Shown here in pieces: positions 27,187 through 37,592 of a stretch of DNA of 64,000 nt. The position numbers and the translations under genes were made by a program. The DNA is taken from assembly GCA_918262735.1 (NCBI GenBank), contig CAKJYJ010000005.1:73099-137098 (forward strand). The letters run 5' to 3'. Numbering within the stretch: position 1 is the stretch's first letter; the number at the start of each line of letters is the position of its first letter. Source of the DNA: Clostridiales bacterium. Lineage in GTDB: Bacteria > Bacillota > Clostridia > Christensenellales > UBA1242. The notes below the pieces were generated by a model. That model was not told where the DNA came from and did not search any database. It worked only from the letters and a program-made list of their open reading frames with translations.

Positions 27187-28467
27187 TTATTCGTTAACGG
27201 CTGAATCTAATTGTTCCTCGCTTGCCCTTATTATTATTGGCTGTTCGTTGTCAACAATAACACTTGGGGTTACAACAATTTTCTTAATTGATTTATCTTC
27301 TGGTGCTTTGTACATTATGTTTAACATATGGTCTTCTAATATGGTTCTAAGACCCCTTGCCCCAGTCTTCAATTCTATTGCTCGTCTTGCAACGGTTTTA
27401 ATTGCTTCTGAGTCAAACTCCAATTCAATATTGTCCATTTCCAAAAGTTTTTTGTATTGTTTTATTATTGCATTTTTAGGTTCTGTTAATATTCTAACCA
27501 GTGAAGATTCATCTAAATCGTTTAATCCAACAAAAACCGGTAATCTTCCAACAAATTCAGGAATTAAACCATATTTAATAAAGTCTTGTGGTTGAACTTG
27601 CTTAAAGTAATCCTCTAATTTTTCTTCCTTTGCGTTTTGTAATGAACCATTAAATCCAAGTGACGAAACGCTTAATCTGTTTTTAATAACTTTTTCCAAA
27701 CCAACAAACGCCCCACCACAAATAAATAAAATGTTTGTTGTGTCAATTTGAATATTTTCTTGTTGTGGGTGTTTTCTTCCGCCCTGTGGAGGAACGCTCG
27801 CAACTGTGCTTTCAATAATTTTTAGTAGTGCTTGCTGAACCCCTTCGCCAGACACGTCTCTTGTTATTGAGGTATTTTCTGATTTTCTTGTTATTTTATC
27901 TATTTCATCAATATAAATAATACCTCTTTCTGCCTTTTTTATATCAAAATCGGCATTTTGAATTAGCTTTAAAAGAATGTTCTCAACATCATCTCCAACA
28001 TAACCCGCCTGAGTTAACGTTGTTGCATCCGCACAAGCAAATGGCACCTGCAATATTTTTGCAAGCGTTTTTGCTAAAAGTGTTTTGCCACAACCAGTTG
28101 GGCCAACCATTAAAATATTACTTTTGTCTAGTTCAACATATTCATCACTTTTTTGCGCTTCTTTGGTGTTGCCGTGTTCTAGTTTATAGTTAATTCTTTT
28201 GTAATGGTTATAAACCGCAACAGAAAGCACTTTTTTGGCCTCATCTTGACCTATGATATATTTATCTAGTTCCTTTTTTAATTCTTCAGGAACGGGAAGA
28301 TCAATTTTACCAAGGTCTTTTGATGGAACCGCTTCATGCATAATATCTCTGCATATTTCAATACACTCATCACATATATATGCGTCTGCATTAGGGCTTG
28401 ATATTAATTTTTTTGCTATTCTTTGTGGCCTACCACAAAATGAGCAACGTAATTCTTTATTCTCCAT
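27187..28467 (-). CDS. clpX: ATP-dependent Clp protease ATP-binding subunit ClpX
   Basis: N-terminal zinc finger CSFCGR...CDEC, Walker [24 protein letters not shown]. Confidence 0.97.
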   Translation of the reverse strand: MENKELRCSFCGRPQRIAKKLISSPNADAYICDECIEICRDIMHEAVPSKDLGKIDLPVPEELKKELDKYIIGQDEAKKVLSVAVYNHYKRINYKLEHGNTKEAQKSDEYVELDKSNILMVGPTGCGKTLLAKTLAKILQVPFACADATTLTQAGYVGDDVENILLKLIQNADFDIKKAERGIIYIDEIDKITRKSENTSITRDVSGEGVQQALLKIIESTVASVPPQGGRKHPQQENIQIDTTNILFICGGAFVGLEKVIKNRLSVSSLGFNGSLQNAKEEKLEDYFKQVQPQDFIKYGLIPEFVGRLPVFVGLNDLDESSLVRILTEPKNAIIKQYKKLLEMDNIELEFDSEAIKTVARRAIELKTGARGLRTILEDHMLNIMYKAPEDKSIKKIVVTPSVIVDNEQPIIIRASEEQLDSAVNE

Positions 28468-28475
28468 TAAAAATC

Positions 28476-29057
28476 TTACTTCCTCTTATCAAAAATTTTA
28501 TCAATTAAACCATATTCAAGGGCTTCTTTTGCAGACATATAATTATCCCTATCGGTATCCTTTTCAACCTTTTCTAATGGCTGATTTGAGTTTTCACTTA
28601 ATATTTTGTTAATCTTATCCTTAATTCTTTTAATATGATTAGCCTGAATTTCAATATCGCTTGCCTGACCTTGTGCGCCACCTAAAGGCTGATGAATCAT
28701 AATCTCACTATTTGGAAGAGCAAATCTTTTACCCTTTGTTCCGCTAGAAAGCAAAAACGCACCCATTGACGCTGCAAGCCCAACGCAAATTGTGGTTACA
28801 TCACATTTAATAAAGTTCATTGTGTCGTATATTGCAAGCCCTGCACTAACACTTCCTCCAGGACTGTTGATATATAATGAAATGTCTTTTTCTGGGTCTT
28901 TACCCTCCAAATAAACAAGCTGTGCAACAACACTATTTGCGGTCTCATCGGTTATTTCGCCAGACAGAAAAATTATTCTATCCTCTAATAATCTTGAATA
29001 AATATCATATGACCTTTCACCATTGCCCGTTTGGTCAACCACCATTGGTATTAACAT
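28476..29057 (-). CDS. clpP: ATP-dependent Clp protease proteolytic subunit ClpP
   Basis: [29 protein letters not shown]...[11 protein letters not shown]...MIHQPLGG. Confidence 0.97.
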   Translation of the reverse strand: MLIPMVVDQTGNGERSYDIYSRLLEDRIIFLSGEITDETANSVVAQLVYLEGKDPEKDISLYINSPGGSVSAGLAIYDTMNFIKCDVTTICVGLAASMGAFLLSSGTKGKRFALPNSEIMIHQPLGGAQGQASDIEIQANHIKRIKDKINKILSENSNQPLEKVEKDTDRDNYMSAKEALEYGLIDKIFDKRK

Positions 29058-29147
29058 ATTATCTCCTTAATATTAATGGCAAAAAGCATTTCTACCTTTT
29101 GCCAGTGCTTTGTATTATTTATTATACACTATTTTCAAAAATTTAAT

Positions 29148-30434
29148 TTAGGCAATAGTGTTGTTTTTTGTAAGAAAATCTACAAGTTTATCCATTAAAA
29201 GTTCATTTTTAATATACGCAATATTGTTATCATTTAACGATTTTTTATGTTCTTCTAATGTTTTATTATATTTCTTTGCTGTTTCTTCGAGTTTTTCGTT
29301 TAATTCCTCTTCAGTTACATCTAATTTTTCTTTTTTGATTATTTCTTCCAAAACAAGTCTTGTTTTAACAGCCTTTGCTGCTTGGTTACGATAACTATCA
29401 CGAAGAGCCTTAACATCTGAATTTGTGTATTTTAAGTAGTCATCTAATTTTAATCCTTGATAGCTAAGCCTTGTTTCAAAATCACGAATAAACATATCTA
29501 ATTGTCTTTCAACAAGTGCATCTGGAATATCAATTGTTGCGTTATCAACACACTTGTCTAAAAGGCGATTCTCATTTTCTCTTTTAACCCTTTCATCTAA
29601 TGATTCTTGCATGTGTTTTCTTATGTCTGCCTTATACTCTTCTAATGTTTCAAATTCTGAACAGTTTGAAGCAAACTCATCATTTAATTCTGGAAGTTCT
29701 TTATTTTCAAGTTTGTTTAGTTTGATTTTGAAAACTGCAGGTTTACCTTTTAATTCTTCTGCTGGATAGTCTTCTGGAAAATTAACATTAATGTCTTTTT
29801 TATCTCCAACCTTCATTCCAACAATTTGGTCTTCAAAATTATCTATAAAACTGTGTGAGCCAAGTTCCAATCTGTAGTTTTCTGCCTTACCGCCTTCAAA
29901 CTCTTTTCCATTAACAAAACCTGTGAAATCTATTGTTGAAAAATCGCCAAGTTTTGCCGTTGCATCTTCCCCCGCCTCAACATATCTTGCAAGACGTTCT
30001 CTCTCTTGATTTAATTGTTTTTCAACCTTTTCTTCGTTTAGTTCTTCTTTGTATGCCTCAACTGTTAACCCTTTGTAATCTCCAAGTTTAACCTCTGGAA
30101 GAAGTGGAACCTTTGCGGTGAAAACCAAACCTTCTTTGCCTAACTTTTCAATTGAAACAGAAGGTTGATCAATTATTTGTAATTCTTTATTTACATCTAA
30201 AAATGCGCCATATTCATCAGCAAATGCTAGGTCTAGAGCCTCATCATAAAAAACTCCTTCCCCATAATTTTTTTCAATAATTTTTCTTGGGGCTGCACCT
30301 TTTCTAAAACCTTGAATTGCAAATTTACCCTTATTTGCCTGATATGCTTTTTCAATATATGTGTCCCATTTTTCTGCATCTAAAGTTATTTTGATTTCAA
30401 CTTCATTTTTCTCATTTTTAACTATTTCGTACAT
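29148..30434 (-). CDS. tig: trigger factor
   Basis: 428 aa. FRKGAAPRKIIEKNYG motif, a PPIase-like middle domain, and tig-clpP-clpX synteny. Confidence 0.93.
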   Translation of the reverse strand: MYEIVKNEKNEVEIKITLDAEKWDTYIEKAYQANKGKFAIQGFRKGAAPRKIIEKNYGEGVFYDEALDLAFADEYGAFLDVNKELQIIDQPSVSIEKLGKEGLVFTAKVPLLPEVKLGDYKGLTVEAYKEELNEEKVEKQLNQERERLARYVEAGEDATAKLGDFSTIDFTGFVNGKEFEGGKAENYRLELGSHSFIDNFEDQIVGMKVGDKKDINVNFPEDYPAEELKGKPAVFKIKLNKLENKELPELNDEFASNCSEFETLEEYKADIRKHMQESLDERVKRENENRLLDKCVDNATIDIPDALVERQLDMFIRDFETRLSYQGLKLDDYLKYTNSDVKALRDSYRNQAAKAVKTRLVLEEIIKKEKLDVTEEELNEKLEETAKKYNKTLEEHKKSLNDNNIAYIKNELLMDKLVDFLTKNNTIA

Positions 30435-30621
30435 TTTGCTTGCTCCTTTGTTTTTTATACAATACTACGTTGTGTTTTTAACACAAATTTGTTTAACAAA
30501 ATGAAATAAAAACACTTTGTTTTAACTAACCATAATCTTAACATATTTGTAATTTTTTTACAAATAAAATTAACATTTTGCATAAGATTAAATATATTTT
30601 TTAATCAGTTACAAAAGCCAT

Positions 30622-30646
30622 CAAAAAAGGTGAAAGTTTATTCACC
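30622..30646 (-). terminator. intrinsic terminator of the PHP-gene operon (overlaps stop codon)
   Basis: Minus strand: GGTGAA-TAAACT-TTCACC followed by TTTTTT. Confidence 0.65.
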
Positions 30647-32398
30647 CTTTTCCTTTTCTTTAATTGTGATTGTTGCAATTTTATCAATATATGTTTTATT
30701 TTTTCCATACCTTTTACCAAGTTGTTTTTGAAGCCTTGAAACAAACTTGGGGTCTTTTTCTAAAACTTTCAAATACTTACTGTGAATGTGCTTTGTTAAC
30801 GTTACAACCTGCTTATATAGTTCTGGATCAATGATATCGCTTGCGTTTCGTACAATTTTTTCAATATTCTGAATTCCGTTATATATATTCTTTGCAAATT
30901 TATCTAGCCTTAACATAACCTTGGTGTAGTCTCTATGCTCTGACATTCTTTCCAATATTTCATCAAACATTTCTTCAACATGAACAAGATTTCTAATTCG
31001 CTCTTCAAATGTTGCCTTAATTGTGTTCGTTGGGTTTTCCGTTTCAAATGGCGTTGCTTTTTCTGCCATTGATTTAACATTGATTTTATTAATATCGTCA
31101 ATTATCTCATCTAGTTTTCCCCACTCAATAACCTTACCCTTATCATTAATAAATTTTGCATGACTGACATCGCTTACCGGAATTCTTGAAACAAAATAAT
31201 CCGCTCCTGAAATATTTGCAACACGAATAAATAATTCTCTTGCTTTTAGTATTCCTTCATTTTTAATATACTGATTTTGAACGCCATGTTGGAAAACCGA
31301 ACCAATTGTTTTGTGTGTTGGAAAATGCTCGCCGTGGTAGTCACTTCCGCACGTTTCAAACATTTTTCGTGAACGGCATGTTTCATGAACTATTTTATCG
31401 AATCTATTAATAAAATTCATCGAATAATATGTTTCCAAACCATCAATTTTGGTTCCACATACTTGTTCTGCACCATCCAACAACTCATTCAAAAGTAGTT
31501 TTGCATAGTGGCATCTAATAAGTTCCATCGTTTTTTTATTTTTCTTATTTGAAGTATTTATTTCTAATAGTGCCTGCCTTTCATCTCCCCCGTGTTTTTT
31601 TACAACTTTAGGAATTAAACTTACATTTGCACTAATTAATCCTGGGTGAGCAAATACAACTTGTCCGCCTGCTTTTTTTACCATTCTTACTGCTTCTGAT
31701 AATTTTAATCGTCCCATACCACAGGCTGACGGGTTATATGTAACTTGATATCTGTAATCGCCTTTATATTTTTCTGGTGTTTGAACAATATATTCATTAA
31801 GAATATTCATCACATCATTTCTATTAAATTTTATTTTGTTGTTTCTACAATATTCAGTAAATAAGTCCAAAAATTCTTGCTTAAAATTAGAATACTGCCC
31901 CATAGAAGCAAGTGGTTCTAAGGCGGTGAAAGGAACTGTTATTCCCAACTCCTCGCTAATTGCCCGCCTACCAGCACATATTTGCAATCCAAGGTTATCC
32001 TCTTTGGTGAAATGAAGGTGTGTTATTTTGCTATATGCAATTAATTCTGGATTTTTTTCATCATAGTTGAACCCATGCATATGACAACGGGTAAAAAGCT
32101 TTTTTCCATCATAAAATTTAGAAAGCTCGGTAAGGTCAATTGTAAATTCACAACCATTAACGTATTCAACATTTGGATATTTCCCAGTTCTAAGAAGCCT
32201 TTGAGCCTCAACGCTAGAAAGAATTGTGTTATGATCTGCAAAACTGATCAAACACTTTGCGTTTGTGTTATTGATTCTATTATATTTTTCAACATATGCC
32301 TGAACCTTGCCCAAAATATGTTCTGGGGTCTCATCACACAATTCCTCATCAGAAAATATTGTGTGCAAATGTTGATCAATAAAAGCATAGTCCGCCAT
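30638..32398 (-). CDS. PHP-domain metal-dependent phosphoesterase with ~210-aa C-terminal extension of unknown function
   Basis: 586 aa. PHP ligand pattern DQHLHTIFSDE, FADHN, CHMHGF, VFAHPG, GSDYHGEHF (TrpH/YciV-like layout with large inserts). C-terminal helical region unrecognised. Confidence 0.7.
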   Translation of the reverse strand: MADYAFIDQHLHTIFSDEELCDETPEHILGKVQAYVEKYNRINNTNAKCLISFADHNTILSSVEAQRLLRTGKYPNVEYVNGCEFTIDLTELSKFYDGKKLFTRCHMHGFNYDEKNPELIAYSKITHLHFTKEDNLGLQICAGRRAISEELGITVPFTALEPLASMGQYSNFKQEFLDLFTEYCRNNKIKFNRNDVMNILNEYIVQTPEKYKGDYRYQVTYNPSACGMGRLKLSEAVRMVKKAGGQVVFAHPGLISANVSLIPKVVKKHGGDERQALLEINTSNKKNKKTMELIRCHYAKLLLNELLDGAEQVCGTKIDGLETYYSMNFINRFDKIVHETCRSRKMFETCGSDYHGEHFPTHKTIGSVFQHGVQNQYIKNEGILKARELFIRVANISGADYFVSRIPVSDVSHAKFINDKGKVIEWGKLDEIIDDINKINVKSMAEKATPFETENPTNTIKATFEERIRNLVHVEEMFDEILERMSEHRDYTKVMLRLDKFAKNIYNGIQNIEKIVRNASDIIDPELYKQVVTLTKHIHSKYLKVLEKDPKFVSRLQKQLGKRYGKNKTYIDKIATITIKEKEKGE

Positions 32399-32406
32399 TT
32401 TTCCTC

Positions 32407-33099
32407 CTAATCACCTAGCACTGTGAACATATAATCTTTCAAATCTTTTGAAATTGTCATTTTTCTGCACATTTGATCAAATAACATTGATGCCTCTGCC
32501 CTTTTACCAAGAGCAACAAGATTTTCAATATATATTAATTTTAAGTAAACATTTTTTGAGGTAACAAATCCATAATAATAATCAATTTGTTTGCGATTAA
32601 TTTCTATGCTTTCTTTAATTAGCATGTCAAGTTCGTCATACTCATCATCATTTTCTTCTTCGCCAGAAAGCTCGTCCTGAGAACGTCTATACATTTTTGC
32701 CATCATAAGCTTTAATTCAATGCATCTAAACAAAACGCGAATTAGTTTTTCATAATCGCCAGATTTGATTAAAACCTGAGCATACGCCTCATACATATTT
32801 GCTGGAACGTTCTCTGAATGCCTTTCGTATAAATCTTTATCTAAACCTTTAAGATATGCATAGTTATAAACTTGCTTATACTCATATGTGTTCTTTTCTC
32901 CGCCAAATAAAACACCTTCTTCATTTGTTATGTCGGTTGAAATAAAACCACAATTTGGACATTCGTAAATAAATATATCTTTATACTTTTTATAATTAAC
33001 TAAATTTTTAACTAGTAAGCTATAATCATCATCGCCATATTTATATTCGCCATAGGCTCCACAACTAGTACAGAAACCCTCGTCTTCTAATATTTTCAT
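32407..33099 (-). CDS. zinc-ribbon plus helical-repeat protein (DUF2225-like architecture)
   Basis: 230 aa. CTSCG...(41 aa)...CPNCG followed by a TPR-like helical region. Lies 8 nt upstream of the PHP gene. GAAGGGG RBS. Confidence 0.5.
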   Translation of the reverse strand: MKILEDEGFCTSCGAYGEYKYGDDDYSLLVKNLVNYKKYKDIFIYECPNCGFISTDITNEEGVLFGGEKNTYEYKQVYNYAYLKGLDKDLYERHSENVPANMYEAYAQVLIKSGDYEKLIRVLFRCIELKLMMAKMYRRSQDELSGEEENDDEYDELDMLIKESIEINRKQIDYYYGFVTSKNVYLKLIYIENLVALGKRAEASMLFDQMCRKMTISKDLKDYMFTVLGD

Positions 33100-33156
33100 T
33101 AACTTACCCCTTCATTTTTATAATAACACACTCGGCCATAAAAAACAATAGATAAT

Positions 33157-33195
33157 TAAAAAAATATGGGAGAAATAAAATACTAACTCCCATAT
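33157..33195 (-). terminator. intrinsic terminator after the 1234-aa lipoprotein gene
   Basis: Minus strand: ATATGGGAG-(14 nt)-CTCCCATAT followed by TTTTTTT. Confidence 0.8.
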
Positions 33196-33210
33196 TTTTA
33201 TTATTTTATA

Positions 33211-36200
33211 TTAGTTATTTGCAACAACAATGATTGTTATCTCAACAGGTTCTGCATAATGTGTTAAATTGTAGTTCCCTGTGGTATTGAATTCAAATAC
33301 GTATTTCCAAGTGTATTCACCTTCGGCATAACCGCTAAGTCCTCTACCACCAATTACTTTTACATCTTTATCAGTGTAAAGTGTCCACGCCCCTTCCGTG
33401 TAAACGGTTGATGGAACTATATATGGAACTTCTATTTCATCTGTACCTTGCAACTGTATTGTTCTTGCTGTTTCATCGTTGATTACTGCATTAATATCTG
33501 TGTAATAGCTATTTGGTATTGTGTAGTAGAAATTAACATAAACTATAACTTCCGCTTCTGCATATAATTCATTCGTTGGAACAAATCTGAATGTCCACGC
33601 AAAACTACCCGTCGAATTAACTGTAATAACATCTCCCGCTTCTCTCTTGTTACCGTCACCGTCATATAATTCCCAATGTCCTTCTGTTGTGTGTGATGTT
33701 TGAGGAATTAATGCAGTAGGAATTGTTACAGTGTTGCTATTATTTTCTAAATAAATGTAGTATATGTAATTGTCATAATCGTTTTTATAACTGTTCAAAT
33801 CGTCGATAACAATATTAACGTTGTATCTTGTTTGAATAACAATGTCTATAGTTGCTTCAAAAGTGTCATACAACTCATTATTTGGTATAAACTTGTATGT
33901 CCAGTTTTCATGACCTGGTGCTGTTCTGGTCTGTTGTGAATTTGCAAATAGTACTATCTCACCATTATTGTCATATAATTCCCAATGACCATAAGTGTTG
34001 TATGTGTTATTTGGGAATAATGCAGTAGGAATTGTTATTACGTCATTTTCAATAGTAAGGGAATATGTATATTCTGTTCCATTCCACAAATTGTTCAAAT
34101 CATTAGCAACTGGAACTGGTAAATCACTTTGAATTATAAGTTTAAAGAAATATTTATTCTCTGCATAATTTGTGTCTGTTGGAACAAATAAGAAGTACCA
34201 ACCATACTCGTAGGCGACGGCTGTTCTTGTTAGTTCATCACCCGCTTGAACCTCATTACCATCTTCGTTAAATAGTTTCCATTCACCCAAATCTGTGTGC
34301 GTGTTTGTTGGAATTAACCCTGCTGGAATTGTTATTTTATTGTTAACAATCTTTAGTGTATACTCATAATTGTAACCACTTTGTTCGCTTTCGTAACACT
34401 CTAAATCATCTGATACATCTTCAGTAAATGGAACTTGAACAATAACATTAAGAGTTACCTCAAACCCTCGATATATTCCACCCTTTTGTGGTTCAAATTT
34501 TAATGTCCACTCTCCTGGTCCAGTCACAACAACACGTTGATAATCATATGATTCTGAATTTATTGACCAATTTATTCCATTTTGGTCATATAAACGCCAA
34601 TCACCATACTCACTATAATCGGTTGTTGGAACAATTGATTCTGGAACCTTTAATGTGTAGTTATCACCACTATACAAATGGTAAAGTAGTTTATGTGTTG
34701 TTTGCGTAAGAACCTCTAAATCGGCACTTATATCATTGGCAACTGGTAAATCTTTATGGATTAATTCCAAAATAAACACTTTGTCCAAAACGTTATAAAT
34801 ATCTGATAATGTTGGAACAAAACTCAATGTCCAACTAAATGTGTCGCCCGCACTTGAAGAACCATTCACACTATCTCCAACGTTCTTAACATCTCCGTAT
34901 GTGTTTTTCAAAACCCAAGTACCTTGAGAAGAATAACTGTTTGTTGGGAACATGCTGGCTGGCACGGTGAATTGATCATTATTATCAGCACTCAACTGTA
35001 CTGTTTCTGGGTAACTATTTAATTGTGCTTGAATTTCCGTTGCATTTGGAAGCTCTGCTTTAACAACGCCAAATTGGAATGCAATGGTTGAATCTTCTGT
35101 TATATTCTCAATATCACCAAATGGTTCAAAATTGCTATCTCCAGTGTTTGCAAGATAAACACATAAAGACCCACATTCTGTTACATTTATTTTATTTAGT
35201 CTACTGTTTTGTGTTTCTGAATGTAGTAGGGTTCCATTACCCGTTGATGTTGAATCATCATGCAAGAATGCCCAATACCAGTTTGTTGTTGCTGGACGAA
35301 TAATGTTTTCATCATCATAAACAATTTCAATATCAATACCGCCGTTATTGTTATACCAAGCAGTTTCACCACCACTATAGTTGCTGTTATTAAATTCGCC
35401 AGAGGCATTTTTTACTTTAACTCTAAAACCGGTTTGATATGCTTTGTTTATTTTCCAAACAAAGGAGGCAGTATTATTTGTGGTATTAAACTCTCCATAA
35501 TTGTAGCCTTCGGACAAATATCTATTATCCCATTCAAAAAACTCTGGTTCTTTAATGGAAATAACGGAAGTATATGTGCCCGCATTTGTTTTGGTTGCAT
35601 TTGTTATGCTTGATAATGTGTTAGAATAATATTGAAGTTGTTCTGTGAAATTAATTTCACTCCCATTATATGTGGTTTCATAATCAATATCTTCATAAGT
35701 CCCATAAACACAAGGACGAGAAATTGCGTATTTGTTTATTACTACAGGAATTTGAATTGATGGCAATGTGTTATAGTTATTTTGATATTCTTCATTCAAA
35801 ACAAAATCAACTGATTGAAGATTATTCCCTATGCCTTTAATCTTTGTTTCTGGAGAACTAAAAACGTAATTCCCAAAATATGAAAGTGGCGTATCTCCAA
35901 AATATAAACCTGGATTATCGTCTTGGGTATAATCAATTGTTGAAATTGTTACGTCTGCAAGTGTAAGTGTTTCGCTGTCCCAGTCTGCACTACTATAGTT
36001 GTTCCAAACATCAAATTCACCCTTTAATTCAAAATTCCCAACAGTTGAAACGATTATTGTTCCTTTTTTAACAACAACTCTAACCGGGTTGGTGTAACAT
36101 GTTGAGTAATTTCCCATTGAGTAAACATATGTGAAGAAATAATATGTGCCAACATCTAATGAGCCGGTCATTATTCTTCCATTTTCATCGGTTGAAACCC

Positions 36201-36915
36201 AATTATCAATATTGTTACCGCTCATAATATTGCTTAAATATTCTTGTTTTGCAACAAAAGTATCTTCACATTGTGAATACTCTTCATATTGTGCTTCTGT
36301 CAAATAATAAACTGAAGAGAAATTATCATTGCTAATATTTTGATTGTTTGCATCTTTAACACTCACAACAACATCATCTTCTGTGTTATAAGCATATGTG
36401 TTGTCTTCAGTTTCACCAGCAGATTTAACAACAAATGAATAGTTTGGATCCTCACTTGTGTTTTGTTCAACATAAAAACTGATTTCTGCTGTTTGTTGCT
36501 GGTATGTAATAACAATTAAATAACTACCAACATCTGGCGTTTCTGGAATTGTTTGAATTGGCGTGCGAACCTCACCACCATCAGAATAGCTCTTCATAAA
36601 ATACTCTATGGTTAGGTCTGGATTATTTTTATCAATTTCTAAATTGGGATTCTTTCTATAGTTTGCAATTATTTTATAATTATGAACCTCAGAAACATCC
36701 TCACCATATTCAAAATTGGTTGAAAACCAATAGTTTTGCTGTTTTTCTTCATCTCCATATTGAACATAAATTCCGTACAGTGTGCCTAAATTGGATGGTG
36801 TTCCGCCACCGGGGTTATTTCCTCCACCATTATCTGTTTCTCCACATGCAAAAAACATAAATGCCGCAGGAACAATAAAAATCAATACCAATAGATATTT
36901 TATAATTTTTTTCAT
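33211..36915 (-). CDS. very large surface lipoprotein with six C-terminal tandem ~100-aa modules
   Basis: 1234 aa. Signal peptide plus lipobox FFA|C (Cys24), then a Gly/Asn-rich linker. Rich in N/T/Y/S. Repeated motif (T)IP..L.P.....T..G.W.LYD..G. Confidence 0.85.
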   Translation of the reverse strand: MKKIIKYLLVLIFIVPAAFMFFACGETDNGGGNNPGGGTPSNLGTLYGIYVQYGDEEKQQNYWFSTNFEYGEDVSEVHNYKIIANYRKNPNLEIDKNNPDLTIEYFMKSYSDGGEVRTPIQTIPETPDVGSYLIVITYQQQTAEISFYVEQNTSEDPNYSFVVKSAGETEDNTYAYNTEDDVVVSVKDANNQNISNDNFSSVYYLTEAQYEEYSQCEDTFVAKQEYLSNIMSGNNIDNWVSTDENGRIMTGSLDVGTYYFFTYVYSMGNYSTCYTNPVRVVVKKGTIIVSTVGNFELKGEFDVWNNYSSADWDSETLTLADVTISTIDYTQDDNPGLYFGDTPLSYFGNYVFSSPETKIKGIGNNLQSVDFVLNEEYQNNYNTLPSIQIPVVINKYAISRPCVYGTYEDIDYETTYNGSEINFTEQLQYYSNTLSSITNATKTNAGTYTSVISIKEPEFFEWDNRYLSEGYNYGEFNTTNNTASFVWKINKAYQTGFRVKVKNASGEFNNSNYSGGETAWYNNNGGIDIEIVYDDENIIRPATTNWYWAFLHDDSTSTGNGTLLHSETQNSRLNKINVTECGSLCVYLANTGDSNFEPFGDIENITEDSTIAFQFGVVKAELPNATEIQAQLNSYPETVQLSADNNDQFTVPASMFPTNSYSSQGTWVLKNTYGDVKNVGDSVNGSSSAGDTFSWTLSFVPTLSDIYNVLDKVFILELIHKDLPVANDISADLEVLTQTTHKLLYHLYSGDNYTLKVPESIVPTTDYSEYGDWRLYDQNGINWSINSESYDYQRVVVTGPGEWTLKFEPQKGGIYRGFEVTLNVIVQVPFTEDVSDDLECYESEQSGYNYEYTLKIVNNKITIPAGLIPTNTHTDLGEWKLFNEDGNEVQAGDELTRTAVAYEYGWYFLFVPTDTNYAENKYFFKLIIQSDLPVPVANDLNNLWNGTEYTYSLTIENDVITIPTALFPNNTYNTYGHWELYDNNGEIVLFANSQQTRTAPGHENWTYKFIPNNELYDTFEATIDIVIQTRYNVNIVIDDLNSYKNDYDNYIYYIYLENNSNTVTIPTALIPQTSHTTEGHWELYDGDGNKREAGDVITVNSTGSFAWTFRFVPTNELYAEAEVIVYVNFYYTIPNSYYTDINAVINDETARTIQLQGTDEIEVPYIVPSTVYTEGAWTLYTDKDVKVIGGRGLSGYAEGEYTWKYVFEFNTTGNYNLTHYAEPVEITIIVVANN
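33214..35058 (-). repeat. six tandem protein-coding modules (aa 620-1234) within the lipoprotein gene
   Basis: Module boundaries (nt): 34756-35058, 34435-34755, 34129-34434, 33829-34128, 33523-33828, 33214-33522. The modules are diverged at DNA level but share VP/IP...FP/IP/VP...G(H/E/D/T/A)W.L(Y/F/K).....G and ...W...F.P/FEF blocks. Confidence 0.8.
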
Positions 36916-37026
36916 TTTGACTCCTTTTTTAATTTAGTATTACCCGCAAAATACAAAAATACAACATTCTAAATAAATCAATGTTAAGTAGATTGTTGTA
37001 AATTTTTGTTTTATTTTTTTTAATCT

Positions 37027-37317
37027 TTACCAAGGCATAAAGCAAAGGGCTAATAACAAAATGCCAGCGTTAAGGACTAACTCCAATGTTGGTTTTTTGT
37101 TTCTAACGTATGCCCAAACCGTGCCGCAAAATGTTAGTGAAAAAATAAGCAGACTCATTATGCCTGTAAACACACCAGGTGCCACACCAAAACTAACGCA
37201 AACACGAGTAATAATCCAAAGTATTAAAGCAATAACACCAAGCATTGCATTTAAGAATTGGCTTGTTAACCTTAATTCAACTGCGCCTTGTTTTGCTTCT
37301 TGTTCATTATTTTCCAC
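37027..37317 (-). CDS. small membrane protein (3 TM), unknown function
   Basis: 96 aa, hydrophobic helices. GGAGGAG-type RBS (AAGGAGGAGAAGGTGG region) upstream. Confidence 0.6.
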   Translation of the reverse strand: MENNEQEAKQGAVELRLTSQFLNAMLGVIALILWIITRVCVSFGVAPGVFTGIMSLLIFSLTFCGTVWAYVRNKKPTLELVLNAGILLLALCFMPW

Positions 37318-37537
37318 CTTCTCCTCCTTACCAAATCTGTTTTTATTATATCATACTGATCAGAAAAAATAAAATAATTTACCAAAAAAAAATATTTTTT
37401 ATATTTTTATATGAAATTGTAAAAAATAAGTTGCAACTTTTATGTTTTTTTGAAAAAATGATATTTTTTTGTTAATTAAATAAACTATATGTGTGATTTT
37501 TTGTGCTACGCAACATCATTTTGTTTGTTTGAATCTT

Positions 37538-37578
37538 AAAAAAGATAGCGAAGAAATCAGTTCTCGCTATCTTTTTTT
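37538..37578. terminator. intrinsic terminator after the 402-aa gene
   Basis: AGATAGCGA (37543-37551) pairs with TCGCTATCT (37564-37572), flanked by A and T runs. Confidence 0.75.
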
Positions 37579-37592
37579 ACACAATTAATCTG

